64,000 bases of DNA from a bacterium (lineage in GTDB: Bacteria > Patescibacteriota > Minisyncoccia > UBA6257 > GWB1-50-10), in assembly GCA_002686365.1 (NCBI GenBank), contig NZBZ01000018.1, positions 32,286 to 96,285 on the forward strand, read 5' to 3'. Both the position numbers and the translations under genes were made by a program. Each line of letters begins with the position of its first letter. Positions within the stretch are counted from its first letter, which is position 1. This document shows positions 29,008 to 38,652 of this stretch, in pieces. The notes under the pieces were generated by a model. That model made no database searches. It was not told the origin of the DNA and saw nothing but the letters and a program-made list of their open reading frames with translations.

Positions 29008-29880
29008 TTATTCAAGATGACTTAAAGGGCAGATTTCTTGGAACATTCCATCTTCAAGTGTGTAGTAAGTAGTTGTAACTGGAGAAGGTAATTCTTCTGG
29101 AATATATGGGTTTGCAATAAGAAGATAGCTTTCTGGATAATGCTCTACTCCGTACTGTGAGCCCAGTCCATAAAAGACGATTTCTCCGCTTCTTACATCT
29201 ACAATTGCGTGAGACTGGCATCCTGCTCCACATCCCCATTCAGAAACTGCGTAATATCCTGCAAAATTTACTCCCTCTTTTGTCCCCTCTATAATTTTTG
29301 TCTGGAAAACAAGCGCGTCTTCATTGGATGAAAAGTCTACCTCGCTTATTTGACCAGTGTAGACCTCATCTGCAGGCATGCCTTCAAATGTAAAACCTTT
29401 GCAGTCTATTTCTGACATTGGCAGAGCTGCTGCTCCCATCATCTCTGGCATGGCTGATTCTCTCCCTCCTCCGCCTATTCCAAGAATCTGCTTTGGAGCT
29501 TCTGCAGGTACTGCCTTTGGAGCTGAATCGCCAAAAGAGAATGATTCTACTGTGATATCATCTTCAAGGGAGACAATTTTATTGAGGAGCTCCTCATCAC
29601 TTTTTGGCTTTTCTATCCTTGTCTGATAATACACAACTCCTGCAACTACAATAAACGCAAATACTGCACCTCCTACTCCAAGGGCGAATCTGTTTATTGA
29701 TGTGAGGATTCCCAATGGACGATCTTCTTTCATCACTCTTTGTGCCTTCATCTGTCCGGCCTTTTCTTCAAGAAGATTTCTTAATTCATTCTTAAAGTTT
29801 TCGTCACACTGAACTTCTGGACGGACCCGACGCAAATCACGAATCATCTCTTTTTCTATTTTTCCTTTGTCTTCCCTCAT
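29008..29880 (-). CDS. Putative anti-sigma factor (single TM, extracytoplasmic domain)
   Basis: It lies immediately downstream of and overlapping the ECF sigma gene. A short cytoplasmic N-terminus is followed by one TM segment and a periplasmic domain. Confidence 0.45.
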   Translation of the reverse strand: MREDKGKIEKEMIRDLRRVRPEVQCDENFKNELRNLLEEKAGQMKAQRVMKEDRPLGILTSINRFALGVGGAVFAFIVVAGVVYYQTRIEKPKSDEELLNKIVSLEDDITVESFSFGDSAPKAVPAEAPKQILGIGGGGRESAMPEMMGAAALPMSEIDCKGFTFEGMPADEVYTGQISEVDFSSNEDALVFQTKIIEGTKEGVNFAGYYAVSEWGCGAGCQSHAIVDVRSGEIVFYGLGSQYGVEHYPESYLLIANPYIPEELPSPVTTTYYTLEDGMFQEICPLSHLE

Positions 29881-30395
29881 ATTTCTTTTCTTAACTTATT
29901 TATAACTCTTGAAAACATAACCTTACATGCTCCCTCACTCTTTCCTGTAATGTCTGCGATTTCTTTATATGACAACTCATCCCATACTCGCATAAGGACT
30001 ACATCTCTCTGATCTTTTGGAAGCTTTTTTAAATATTTCTGCGCCTTCCCTATATCCTCCTTCAGATCAAGACCCTCCTCTACCTTATCGCTCTCTCCTA
30101 TCTCCCACACTTCTTCAATATCTACTGTTTCTTTAGATACTCTCCAGTGGTCAAATAGAGTGTTGCGCGCAATGCGGTATATCCATGCAGAAAATGTTCC
30201 CTTGCCTTCCTCAAATGTCCCTATCTTCTCAAGGGCCTTGATAAATGTCTTGCTTGTAATATCTTCTGCAGTCTCCTTGTGGAATGTACGATAGTAGAGG
30301 AAGTTGTAGATTTTCTGGAAGTACTCCTCGTAGAGCACGCTAAAGTGCTCTAGTTCACCCTTCTGACATTTTTCAATTGCATCATGCTCATCCAT
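29877..30395 (-). CDS. RNA polymerase ECF-type sigma factor (sigma-70 regions 2 and 4)
   Basis: Region 2 (FSAWIYRIARNTLFDHWR) and a region-4 HTH (LSYKEIADITGKSEGACKV) are present. Confidence 0.85.
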   Translation of the reverse strand: MDEHDAIEKCQKGELEHFSVLYEEYFQKIYNFLYYRTFHKETAEDITSKTFIKALEKIGTFEEGKGTFSAWIYRIARNTLFDHWRVSKETVDIEEVWEIGESDKVEEGLDLKEDIGKAQKYLKKLPKDQRDVVLMRVWDELSYKEIADITGKSEGACKVMFSRVINKLRKEI

Positions 30396-30607
30396 GTGCT
30401 CTTCATTCTACACTCCCATTCTCCCAAGACCAAATTTTCTGCGCCAGGAGGGAGAGCACAAGAGGCGAGCAAAACTTGTGCTCATATATCCTCTGGCAAT
30501 CGAGCTTTAAGAGGATTAATCTCAAAGCTTCATATATATCTACGATTGAAGAGAATTGTTGTAACTATAAAAAATAGCCCCATGATAGAGGCTTATTTTT
30601 ATTCCCT

Positions 30608-31825
30608 TTATTCGTACAATCTTAGGAGTTCGTTGTACTTGTCAATACGTTCTCTGTATGGAGCTCCGATTTTTACGCCATCTGCTGAAGATGCGCGCGC
30701 AAGCTGAATGATAAACACACCCTCTGTCTCCCCTGCTCTGTGAGATATAACGAATTTTAAGTTATTGTTTTTTGCAGCCTGAATTGCCTCACAGGTTTCT
30801 GTAACTGTGCCAATCTGATTTGGTTTTATAATAACGCCTGTAATGAGCTTTTCTTTCGCAGCTCTTTCAATGGTTTCCGGATCAGTGGTTGTAATGTCGT
30901 CTCCAATAATGAGCAAATCTTCACACTCTGCCTGTAGCTCCCTGAATCCATCCTCGTCTTTTTCTCCAAATGGGTCTTCTATTGAATACAAAAGGCCTGT
31001 TTCGTCTTTGTAGGTCTTATAAATCTCCTGCAGCTCCTTTCTCTCAAGCTTTTTGCCTTTTAGTGTGTACTCCTTCCCTTTTTGGAAGTGATTTGCCGCA
31101 GCATCAAGACCAATCTTGAATTCGCGCTCCAGCTTCTCTGATTTTATGAGCTTTGTAAGGATTTGAATTGGTTTAAAATTATCTCTGAAATTTTCGTCAA
31201 TTCCTCCCTCGTCTCCGATTGGAATCGTATGTAGCCTATGGCTTTTTTCAATTTGTAAGTGGAGCTTTCTGTAAAGTGTAATAAGTTTTTTTATTGTATC
31301 TCTTATTGACTTCCCAGACTCTGCAACTACAAGGTATTCCTGAATATCAAGATTGTTTTTCGCGTGTGCTCCTCCCTCAATAAAATTCGCGAATATTGCC
31401 GGCTGCTTTCTGGTATTCGTGCCATTTGTGCCTGATTCGTGCGATTTGCGAGCTCCAAAAAACTCTTTCTGAATTACTTCCCACGGTTCTTTTTCTCCTG
31501 CAAGAAGCTTGGTAAATGCGACAGAGAGCCCTAGCGCAACATTTCCGCCTATCTTTTCTTTTCTTCTTGTGTTGTCGAGCTCCTTTAATGCCTCATCAAA
31601 ACTTTTAATTGAGCTAAATGATTTTCCAATAAGCTTCTTCCTTGCCTTATCAATGGAGCTCTTTGCCCTTCCATAATCTACTGTTATAACCTCATTGCCT
31701 CCCCTGCTTCTGCCCGCAGGGATGCCAGCGCAAGCCCTTGCCTTGTCTCCTGCAACCTCAAACTCGAGCGTTATATCCGCCCTAGAGTCAAAAATCTCTC
31801 TTACTTGTATATCCCGTATTATCAT
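30608..31825 (-). CDS. eno: Enolase
   Basis: N-terminal IREIFDSRADITLE, then GAGLD..NHF and the SHRSGETED motif. Confidence 0.9.
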   Translation of the reverse strand: MIIRDIQVREIFDSRADITLEFEVAGDKARACAGIPAGRSRGGNEVITVDYGRAKSSIDKARKKLIGKSFSSIKSFDEALKELDNTRRKEKIGGNVALGLSVAFTKLLAGEKEPWEVIQKEFFGARKSHESGTNGTNTRKQPAIFANFIEGGAHAKNNLDIQEYLVVAESGKSIRDTIKKLITLYRKLHLQIEKSHRLHTIPIGDEGGIDENFRDNFKPIQILTKLIKSEKLEREFKIGLDAAANHFQKGKEYTLKGKKLERKELQEIYKTYKDETGLLYSIEDPFGEKDEDGFRELQAECEDLLIIGDDITTTDPETIERAAKEKLITGVIIKPNQIGTVTETCEAIQAAKNNNLKFVISHRAGETEGVFIIQLARASSADGVKIGAPYRERIDKYNELLRLYE

Positions 31826-31932
31826 CCCTCACATAACACGAACTCCAAGGCGTCTTTTTGTACGTGTATTACTTTAATGGTTTCGACTGCAAGCATGTGT
31901 TTTTTTTCCTGCACGTTATGTGAGGGAATCAT
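31823..31932. repeat. TIR element copy C
   Basis: catccctcacataac...tttcgactgcaagcat...gttatgtgagggaatcat; the ATGA at each end gives the stop of the 2-hydroxyacid dehydrogenase gene and the start of eno. Confidence 0.65.
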
Positions 31933-32927
31933 TCTTCCGGCACTACGTTTTCAGGCTTGCCCTTTATAAATCCTTTGATGTTTCCAATTGTAATGTCTAG
32001 AATCCTTTCATGCGCCTCTACGGAGTTGAATGCATCATGCGGAGTGATTAAGACATTATCCATGTGTATCAAAATGTGATCCTGAAGCATGGTTTCCGCG
32101 TCCTCCCCCTTTGCCGGCTTGTAATGCTTTTCTTTTAGCGCAACCTCTTCTTCGAGCACGTCGAGTCCTGCTCCTGCAATTTTCTTTTTCTTTAACGCCT
32201 CTACCAAAGCCTCAGTTTCTACAAGCCCGCCTCTGGCTGCATTTATTAGATATGCGGTGGGCTTCATGAGTTTTATGTTCTTTTTATTTATTAAGTGATT
32301 CGTATGTTTATTTAGCGGGCAGTGAAGTGTTACAAAGTCAGACTTTTTAAGAAGCGCCTCAAGCGATACATACTTATATCCCATCTTTTTTGCATATGCC
32401 GCATCTTTTACAACATCAAAGGCAATAATATTCATGTCGAATCCTCTTGCAATGCGAACTACCTCTTTTCCGATTCGTCCTGTTCCTACAACTCCGATAG
32501 TCTTTCCCTTAAGATCAATTCCTCGAAGTCCCATAAATTCAAATCTGCTTGTTTCTTTTAGCCTATCAATTCCCCAGTATATTTTTCTAGAAAGATTTAA
32601 AATCAGCCCGAATGTAAATTCTGCCACTGTATTGTCTCCATATCCCGGAACATAAGAAGCTGTAATCCCTCTTTTTTTGCACTCCTTAAGATCAATATGA
32701 TCAAAGCCAGTTGAGCGTGTCGTGACGAATTTCAGATTTGGCAGCTTATCAAGCATTGCCTTGTCCATTTTTGAATCCACAAATACAGAAATTACTTCTG
32801 CGTCTTTTGCATCTTTGGCGTTTTTTAGTGTAAGCGGACTCTTAACAAACTTCAGTTCATGAGAAGAGAAGTTCTTTTTTAAATGGGCTTCTTCCCAGCC
32901 CTCAAAGCTAAAGAATGAGATGTTCAT
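31929..32927 (-). CDS. D-isomer-specific 2-hydroxyacid dehydrogenase family (D-lactate/phosphoglycerate dehydrogenase-like)
   Basis: NAD-binding GVVGTGRIGKEV and the catalytic domain order are present. Confidence 0.8.
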   Translation of the reverse strand: MNISFFSFEGWEEAHLKKNFSSHELKFVKSPLTLKNAKDAKDAEVISVFVDSKMDKAMLDKLPNLKFVTTRSTGFDHIDLKECKKRGITASYVPGYGDNTVAEFTFGLILNLSRKIYWGIDRLKETSRFEFMGLRGIDLKGKTIGVVGTGRIGKEVVRIARGFDMNIIAFDVVKDAAYAKKMGYKYVSLEALLKKSDFVTLHCPLNKHTNHLINKKNIKLMKPTAYLINAARGGLVETEALVEALKKKKIAGAGLDVLEEEVALKEKHYKPAKGEDAETMLQDHILIHMDNVLITPHDAFNSVEAHERILDITIGNIKGFIKGKPENVVPEE

Positions 32928-32965
32928 ATATTTAAGACCTAAGACTTAAGACATAGGATTTAGTA

Positions 32966-35380
32966 CTATTTTTTACGACGTTTTTCTTCTTTTGCGATTC
33001 TTAATATTGCCGGAATAACTGTATCTGGATTTAGAGAGATGCTCTCGATTCCTTCTCGCACCAGAAGCTCTGCAAATCCCTGATGGTCAGATGGAGCCTG
33101 CCCGCAGATTCCCACATACTTATTCCTCTTTCTGCATATTTCTATTGTTCTTGTTATAAGCTCTATAACAGACGCGTCCTTCTCATTCCCAATATGCGCG
33201 ATTATTTCCGAATCTCTATCGAGCCCCAGAGTGAGCTGCGTGAGATCGTTTGAACCAATAGACATTCCATCAAACAAATTGAGAAACTCATCAGCTCTTA
33301 ATATATTTGACGGAATCTCGCACATTACATACACCTTAAGACTTTTGTCTTTCTTGCGGTCGAGTCCGTTCTCTTTCATTACCTCCAGCACCTGCCTTCC
33401 CTCTTCCGGAGTTCTGCAGAATGGAATCATAGGAGTAATGTTTGTAAGCCCCATCTTCTCTCTGGCTTTTTTCAGGGCCCTACACTCGAGTCCAAATGCT
33501 TTTTTAAACTTTTTATCATAATATCGGGACGCTCCTCTCCATCCAAGCATTGGGTTCTCCTCCTCTGGTTCATAGAGCTCTCCCCCTAAGAGGGTCCTGT
33601 ATTCGTTTGTCTTAAAGTCAGAGAAACGAATGATGACCTCATGCGGATAGAATGCTGCGCCTATCTTTCCTATTCCTTCTGCAATTTCATCTACATAGTA
33701 GTTTGCCTTATTTGCATATCCTAGTGTTTTCTTCTCAATCTGTCTCGCGATTTTCCTTTTTCCCTTATCCTCTGACCTGCTTAATCTGCTATATTCCAAA
33801 AGAGCATTTGGATGCATGCCTATGTGCGATGCAATAATAAACTCTAATCTTCCAAGTCCCACACCTTGGGCAGGAAGATGATGATTCTTCATTGCATCAT
33901 CCGGAGAACCAATATTTACCATTACTTTTGTTCTTGTCTCTGGAATCTTTTGAAGCCTGTGCTCTATGATGCTAAATGGAAGACTTCCTTTGTAGACTAT
34001 TCCAGTTTCTCCGGATGAACAGTCTGCTGTTACCTCTTTTCCGGTTTTTAGTTTTTTCGTTGCGCTTTCTGTTCCTACAATGCAGGGAATGCCGAGTTCG
34101 CGTGAGACAATTGCTGCGTGGCTCGTGCGCCCGCCCTCGTCAGTAATAATTGCGGATGCAATCTTCATAATCGGCTCCCAGTCCGGATCAGTAATTTCCG
34201 TAACAAGAATTTCTCCTTTCTGAAACCTCTTTATGCCTCTTACATCTTTTATAACCCGCACCTTGCCTGTTGCAATCTTTGTTCCCACTGCAACTCCTTC
34301 GATTATTGGCTTACCCTCTCCTTTTAGACGAAACTCCTGTATAACATTTTTATCTTTGGAGGAGTGGACAGTCTCTGGACGAGCTTGGACAATAAAAAGT
34401 TTTTCAGTCTTCCCATCCTTTGCCCACTCAATATCCATTGGCTGGTGTGTCTTTCGTTTCTTTGAAAAGTACTTTTCAATCTCTACACACCATTTCGCAA
34501 GCTTAACAATCTCTTTTTCTGTAATACAAAACTTTTCTCTATCTTTTTTTGAAACCTTCACTACTTTTGTGCCATTTGGCGCGTAGATCATTTTTATATC
34601 TTTGCGCCCAATGTTTGTTTCAATGATTGCCTTGTAGCCCTTATCAAGAGTTGGCTTGAACATAGTAAACTCATCTGGAGTTACCTTGCCCTGAACTACC
34701 ATCTCACCTAGTCCGTATGAGCCGTTCATTGTTACCACATCCTCAAAGCCGGTTTCAGTGTCTAAGGTGAATGCAACACCTGATGAGGCAAGGTCAGAGC
34801 GCACCATGAGCTGCACCCCCACAGAGAGTGCTGCATCAAAGTGTGAAAACTTCTTGTCTACCCGATAAGAAATAGCGCGGTTGGTAAAAAGCGAGGCAAT
34901 ACACTTCTTTGTTGCCTCAAGCACTCCACTTACTCCCCTGACATTTAGGAATGTTTCCTGCTGGCCTGCGAAAGAAGCGTCCGGCAGATCTTCTGCTGTG
35001 GCAGATGAACGTACTGCAACATCCGGATTATCTCCAAGCTCTTTGTATGCCTTCTCTATCTCCTTTTCAATATGCTTGGGGAGTTTTGATTTTAGAATCA
35101 CCTCGCGCACCTCTCTACCCCTTTTCTGAAGGTTGTGAATATCGTGAGTATCGAGTCCGCGCAGAATTCTTCTTATTTCTTTTTCAAGCCCTGCCTCTTT
35201 AAGAAATAATCTGTATGCATGAGCTGTGAGCGCAAAGCCGTTTGGAACATTTATTCCAAGCTTTGTAAGCCCTTGATACATCTCACCAAGTGCTGCATTT
35301 TTTCCGCCTGCAAGAGGAACATCTTTAATACTAAGGTCTTTAAACCACAGAATGAGAGCATTTTTTCTAGATTTTTCCAT
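32966..35380 (-). CDS. ppsA: Phosphoenolpyruvate synthase (PEP-utilising enzyme, pyruvate water dikinase)
   Basis: N-terminal ATP-grasp-like domain, a mobile His domain (GGRTSHAAIVSRELGIPCIVG) and a C-terminal PEP-utilising TIM barrel; ~800 aa. Confidence 0.8.
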   Translation of the reverse strand: MEKSRKNALILWFKDLSIKDVPLAGGKNAALGEMYQGLTKLGINVPNGFALTAHAYRLFLKEAGLEKEIRRILRGLDTHDIHNLQKRGREVREVILKSKLPKHIEKEIEKAYKELGDNPDVAVRSSATAEDLPDASFAGQQETFLNVRGVSGVLEATKKCIASLFTNRAISYRVDKKFSHFDAALSVGVQLMVRSDLASSGVAFTLDTETGFEDVVTMNGSYGLGEMVVQGKVTPDEFTMFKPTLDKGYKAIIETNIGRKDIKMIYAPNGTKVVKVSKKDREKFCITEKEIVKLAKWCVEIEKYFSKKRKTHQPMDIEWAKDGKTEKLFIVQARPETVHSSKDKNVIQEFRLKGEGKPIIEGVAVGTKIATGKVRVIKDVRGIKRFQKGEILVTEITDPDWEPIMKIASAIITDEGGRTSHAAIVSRELGIPCIVGTESATKKLKTGKEVTADCSSGETGIVYKGSLPFSIIEHRLQKIPETRTKVMVNIGSPDDAMKNHHLPAQGVGLGRLEFIIASHIGMHPNALLEYSRLSRSEDKGKRKIARQIEKKTLGYANKANYYVDEIAEGIGKIGAAFYPHEVIIRFSDFKTNEYRTLLGGELYEPEEENPMLGWRGASRYYDKKFKKAFGLECRALKKAREKMGLTNITPMIPFCRTPEEGRQVLEVMKENGLDRKKDKSLKVYVMCEIPSNILRADEFLNLFDGMSIGSNDLTQLTLGLDRDSEIIAHIGNEKDASVIELITRTIEICRKRNKYVGICGQAPSDHQGFAELLVREGIESISLNPDTVIPAILRIAKEEKRRKK

Positions 35381-35433
35381 ATTTTCTTGCTTTCTATTAT
35401 ACCCTTTTTCTTAAAGGCGGTATAATAGCTGTA

Positions 35434-35640
35434 ATGGAATCTATCTTCTCTACTATTACCCTGTTTGCCTTTCCCATTATTATTGTGGTGTTTATTATCA
35501 TCACCATTGTGCTTGAACACCACTGGAAGAAGTATAGCGTTGGAATAGACATCCTGAAAAGAATACGAAAAATATACTATCGCGTATCAGCAGTACTCTT
35601 TATTTTTGTGGCAATTTCATTTGCTCTTTCTTTTTTATGA
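35434..35640 (+). CDS. Small membrane protein (2 TM)
   Basis: ORF with two hydrophobic helices, directly preceding the bPH_2 gene. Confidence 0.35.
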   Translation: MESIFSTITLFAFPIIIVVFIIITIVLEHHWKKYSVGIDILKRIRKIYYRVSAVLFIFVAISFALSFL

Positions 35641-36152
35641 TTAAACTGTACGAAAATGAAAAAGTTTTAGCAGAGATACGCAAACACTGGTTTGTGATTG
35701 CTGGTGAGGCCATAGCTCTTGGCGCGCTTGCTGTTGCGCCTCTTATTGTCCTCCCTATTCTCCAGAGCACGCTTCGTAGTATTTCTTCGTTTGAGGGTAA
35801 TATCCCATTTTTTACCTTTTTGTTTTTCTATTCTGTGTGGCTTGTTTTTATCTGGATTCTTTTCTTTGTTGCGTGGACAAACTACTACTTGGATGTGCTT
35901 ATTGTTACGAATAAGCGAATTGTTGATATTGAACAGGTTGCCTTATTCTCACGAGACCATGTTTCAGTGCCCCTGCGAAATGTTGAAGATGTGAAAGTAG
36001 AGATTGCTGGTCTCCTTCCCTCTCTTTTTAAGTATGGTGATCTGCATGTGCAGACTGCAGGAGAATCAAAGGAGGTTATTATACCCCGAATCAATCGACC
36101 TCATGATGCGCGGCGCCGCATTATGGAGGAGTACCACAAGTTGCACGAGTAG
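35637..36152 (+). CDS. bPH_2/YdbT-like (DUF304) membrane-associated PH-domain protein
   Basis: N-terminal 2-TM hairpin followed by a PH-like domain (VLIVTNKRIVDIEQ..). Confidence 0.45.
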   Translation: MIKLYENEKVLAEIRKHWFVIAGEAIALGALAVAPLIVLPILQSTLRSISSFEGNIPFFTFLFFYSVWLVFIWILFFVAWTNYYLDVLIVTNKRIVDIEQVALFSRDHVSVPLRNVEDVKVEIAGLLPSLFKYGDLHVQTAGESKEVIIPRINRPHDARRRIMEEYHKLHE

Positions 36153-36235
36153 TGTTAAAAAAATTCCCAATTTTCAATTTCTAATTTCCAATACATTTTG
36201 TTGCCCTAGTAACCTACTTTAGGTATTATGCGACT

Positions 36236-37996
36236 ATGAATGATATACGATCCTGTCAAAACTGTAAGCAGGATTTTTCTTTATCTCAGGACGAGAAGAC
36301 GTTTTATATTAAGATAAAAGTTCCAGAGCCCACCTTCTGTCCTGCATGCAGATTCCAGCGGCGTGTTGCTGTTCGTAACGAACGCACTCTTTATAAGCGA
36401 AAGTGCGGGCTTTGCGGAAACTTAATGCTTGCAATGTACGGGCCAGAGAAGCCATTCCCTGTGTACTGCAAAGACTGCTGGTGGTCTGATAAGTGGGATC
36501 CAACTGCCTATGAGCTTGCATATGACTGGGAAAAGCCCTTTTTCGTACAGTTCCGTTCTCTTTTAGAAAAAGTGCCTCGCCCTAATCTCATTACGCAGAA
36601 TGCCCCAAACAGCGACTACTCAAACTACGTTGTTGATGTAAAAAACTGCTATCTCTGCTTTGGCACCATTGAATCTGAAGACTGCATGTATGGAGCTCCG
36701 TACGAATCAAAGCACTGCGTAGATACCTATCTTGCCAGAGAGTGCGAGTACTGCTACGAATGCCTTGATTGCGAGAAGCTTTCAAGCTCTCTTTTTGCGC
36801 AGGATTCCTCTGCATCACTTAATCTCCTGCACTGCTTTGACTGTAAGAACTGCCATGACTGCATTGGATGCGTGGGATTGAGAAATAAAAAATATCATAT
36901 ATACAATAAGGAGTATCAAAAAGAAGAGTTTGAGAAGATGCAAAATGAGATTTTCTCACGCGGAAGAGAGGGGTTTGAGGAGGTGCGCGTGGAATTTGAA
37001 AAGCTCAAGCTTGCTATTCCCCATCGATTTGCCACAACACTAAAATGCGAGCGCGTGAGCGGCGACCATATTGTCCAGTCAAAAAATGCGGAGCACTCGT
37101 TTGATATAAAAAAGCTGGAAGATGCAACGCACTGTATTCGCATGATTGACGGGCGGGACGTACATGATACGAACTACTGTGAGTTTATGGAACTTACCTA
37201 CGACTACCTTGGATTTTTGCGGGACAGCAATATTCGATTTTCAAATACGTGCGGAGAGTGTGAAGATGTTCAGTATTCTGATTTCTGTCAGGGCTCTTCT
37301 CATCTTTTTGGGTGTATTGGGCTTCGTAAGAAGGAGCACTGCATTTTTAATAAAGAATACGAAAAGCAGGAGTATGAAGAAATGGTTTTGAAAATAGAGG
37401 AGCAGATGAACAGTATTCCGTACAAGGATGCGAAGGGGCGGGAGTATAGATATGGGGAGTTTTTCCCAATTGAGCTGTCTCCTTTGGCTTACAATGAATC
37501 TGTGGCTCAGGAGTTCTTTCCTCTTTCAAAAGAAGAGGCAGTAAGTCAAGGATATTCATGGCGGGACCCGGATGATCAGGGGTATGATGTTGCTATGCAG
37601 ACTTCTCAAATTCCTAATACTATCGAGGAAACAGGCAGTGATATTTTGAATCAGGTAATTGGCTGTGAGCACGCGGGCACATGTAATGAAAAGTGCACGA
37701 CTGCATTTAAAATTACCTCTATGGAACTTCAGTTTTATCAAAGGATGAGGATCCCTATTCCTACCCTCTGCCCGAACTGCAGGCACTATGCTCGGCTTGG
37801 GAGACGTACTCCGTTTCAGGTGTGGAGACGAAAGTGCATGTGCGGAGGAAAAGCATCAGATGGAGGCATGTATTCAAACACGAGCGCTCACTCACACAAT
37901 GAAGAACACTGTGCAAATGAATTCGATACTTCATATGCTCCAGAACGTGACGAGGTTGTCTACTGTGAAGAATGCTACAATGCAGAAATTGTCTGA
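36236..37996 (+). CDS. 586-aa cysteine-rich protein with many CxxC pairs (multiple zinc-ribbon-like modules); unknown function
   Basis: Regularly spaced CxxC..CxxC pairs run throughout, and the C-terminus reads ..VVYCEECYNAEIV. Confidence 0.55.
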   Translation: MNDIRSCQNCKQDFSLSQDEKTFYIKIKVPEPTFCPACRFQRRVAVRNERTLYKRKCGLCGNLMLAMYGPEKPFPVYCKDCWWSDKWDPTAYELAYDWEKPFFVQFRSLLEKVPRPNLITQNAPNSDYSNYVVDVKNCYLCFGTIESEDCMYGAPYESKHCVDTYLARECEYCYECLDCEKLSSSLFAQDSSASLNLLHCFDCKNCHDCIGCVGLRNKKYHIYNKEYQKEEFEKMQNEIFSRGREGFEEVRVEFEKLKLAIPHRFATTLKCERVSGDHIVQSKNAEHSFDIKKLEDATHCIRMIDGRDVHDTNYCEFMELTYDYLGFLRDSNIRFSNTCGECEDVQYSDFCQGSSHLFGCIGLRKKEHCIFNKEYEKQEYEEMVLKIEEQMNSIPYKDAKGREYRYGEFFPIELSPLAYNESVAQEFFPLSKEEAVSQGYSWRDPDDQGYDVAMQTSQIPNTIEETGSDILNQVIGCEHAGTCNEKCTTAFKITSMELQFYQRMRIPIPTLCPNCRHYARLGRRTPFQVWRRKCMCGGKASDGGMYSNTSAHSHNEEHCANEFDTSYAPERDEVVYCEECYNAEIV

Positions 37997-38075
37997 GGAG
38001 ATTGCCTGCCCCGTGGGAGCGGAGCGACTCTACGGGGTGTACTGCGAGGAGTGCTACAATAGCGAGATTGTATAA
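37997..38075 (+). pseudogene. GC-rich duplicated copy of the 3' end of gene 36236..37996 (..EEIACPVGAERLYGVYCEECYNSEIV*), in the +1 frame; remnant of a homologous gene tail
   Basis: The peptide ..YCEECYN(A/S)EIV* is encoded twice in tandem. The second copy differs mostly at synonymous third positions and is visibly GC-richer. Confidence 0.5.
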
Positions 38076-38145
38076 AGATAAACCAAAACCCGCCCTGAGC
38101 AATGTCGAAGGGCGGGCTTTTGGTTTGAGCTCAAATCAAAATTTA

Positions 38146-38403
38146 CTATGCTGGATTTACTGGTTCTGCTGGCGCTTCTCCTCCTTTCTTTTCTCCGCCG
38201 CAGCAGTTCCTACTACATACGCCCTTGTGCGTTACAGCTTCAAAGACTGCTGCAAGACCAATTACGATGTAGATAATTCTGGAGATAATGTTGGCCTGCC
38301 CGCCAAATAATTCCCCAATGTCCCACCCAATAACTCCAATAAGCAGCAAGTTTATACCTCCAATAATGAGTAGGATAAACGTGACAATGTGTAATGCCTT
38401 CAT
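38146..38403 (-). CDS. DUF378 family small membrane protein
   Basis: MKALHIVTFILLIIGGINLLLIGV...ISRIIYIVIGLAAV matches the DUF378 pattern. Confidence 0.6.
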   Translation of the reverse strand: MKALHIVTFILLIIGGINLLLIGVIGWDIGELFGGQANIISRIIYIVIGLAAVFEAVTHKGVCSRNCCGGEKKGGEAPAEPVNPA

Positions 38404-38515
38404 GGGAACTTCACGAATATCGAATTGGGTACGAATATACGAATTCTTTATTCGTATAGTTCGTATATTAGATATTCGTGCTTGATTCGCATATTCGTGT
38501 ATTTTCGACCTTTCT
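38404..38515. promoter_or_regulatory. Second copy of the ACGAATAT/ATATTCGT motif-array upstream region (paralogous to 17103..17215)
   Basis: Near-identical alignment to the region upstream of the glutaredoxin-like gene. Confidence 0.5.
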
Positions 38516-38605
38516 CGCTCTTAAATATATACAAACCGCTTCCTCACAAAGCGGTATGTCAATATCCTCATTATACCAAAATCTCCTCTTTTTTTCGGTA
38601 TTTTG

Positions 38606-38641
38606 TGGATGAATAAAAAAGGACCAAAGGAAACGGTTTCC
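38606..38641 (-). terminator. Intrinsic terminator after the HD-domain gene (AAGGAAACcGUUUCCUU + U-run on minus)
   Basis: Perfect 8-bp palindrome with an A-run on the + strand, giving a U-run on the minus strand. Confidence 0.55.
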
Positions 38642-38652
38642 TTCGGCCATTG

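Noticed and set aside
37920-38080. Duplicated gene tail considered as a diversity-generating retroelement VR/TR pair
   Set aside because: The differences between the copies are mostly synonymous third-position changes, not adenine-specific. No reverse transcriptase is nearby. Composition differs between the copies, which fits a recombination remnant better.
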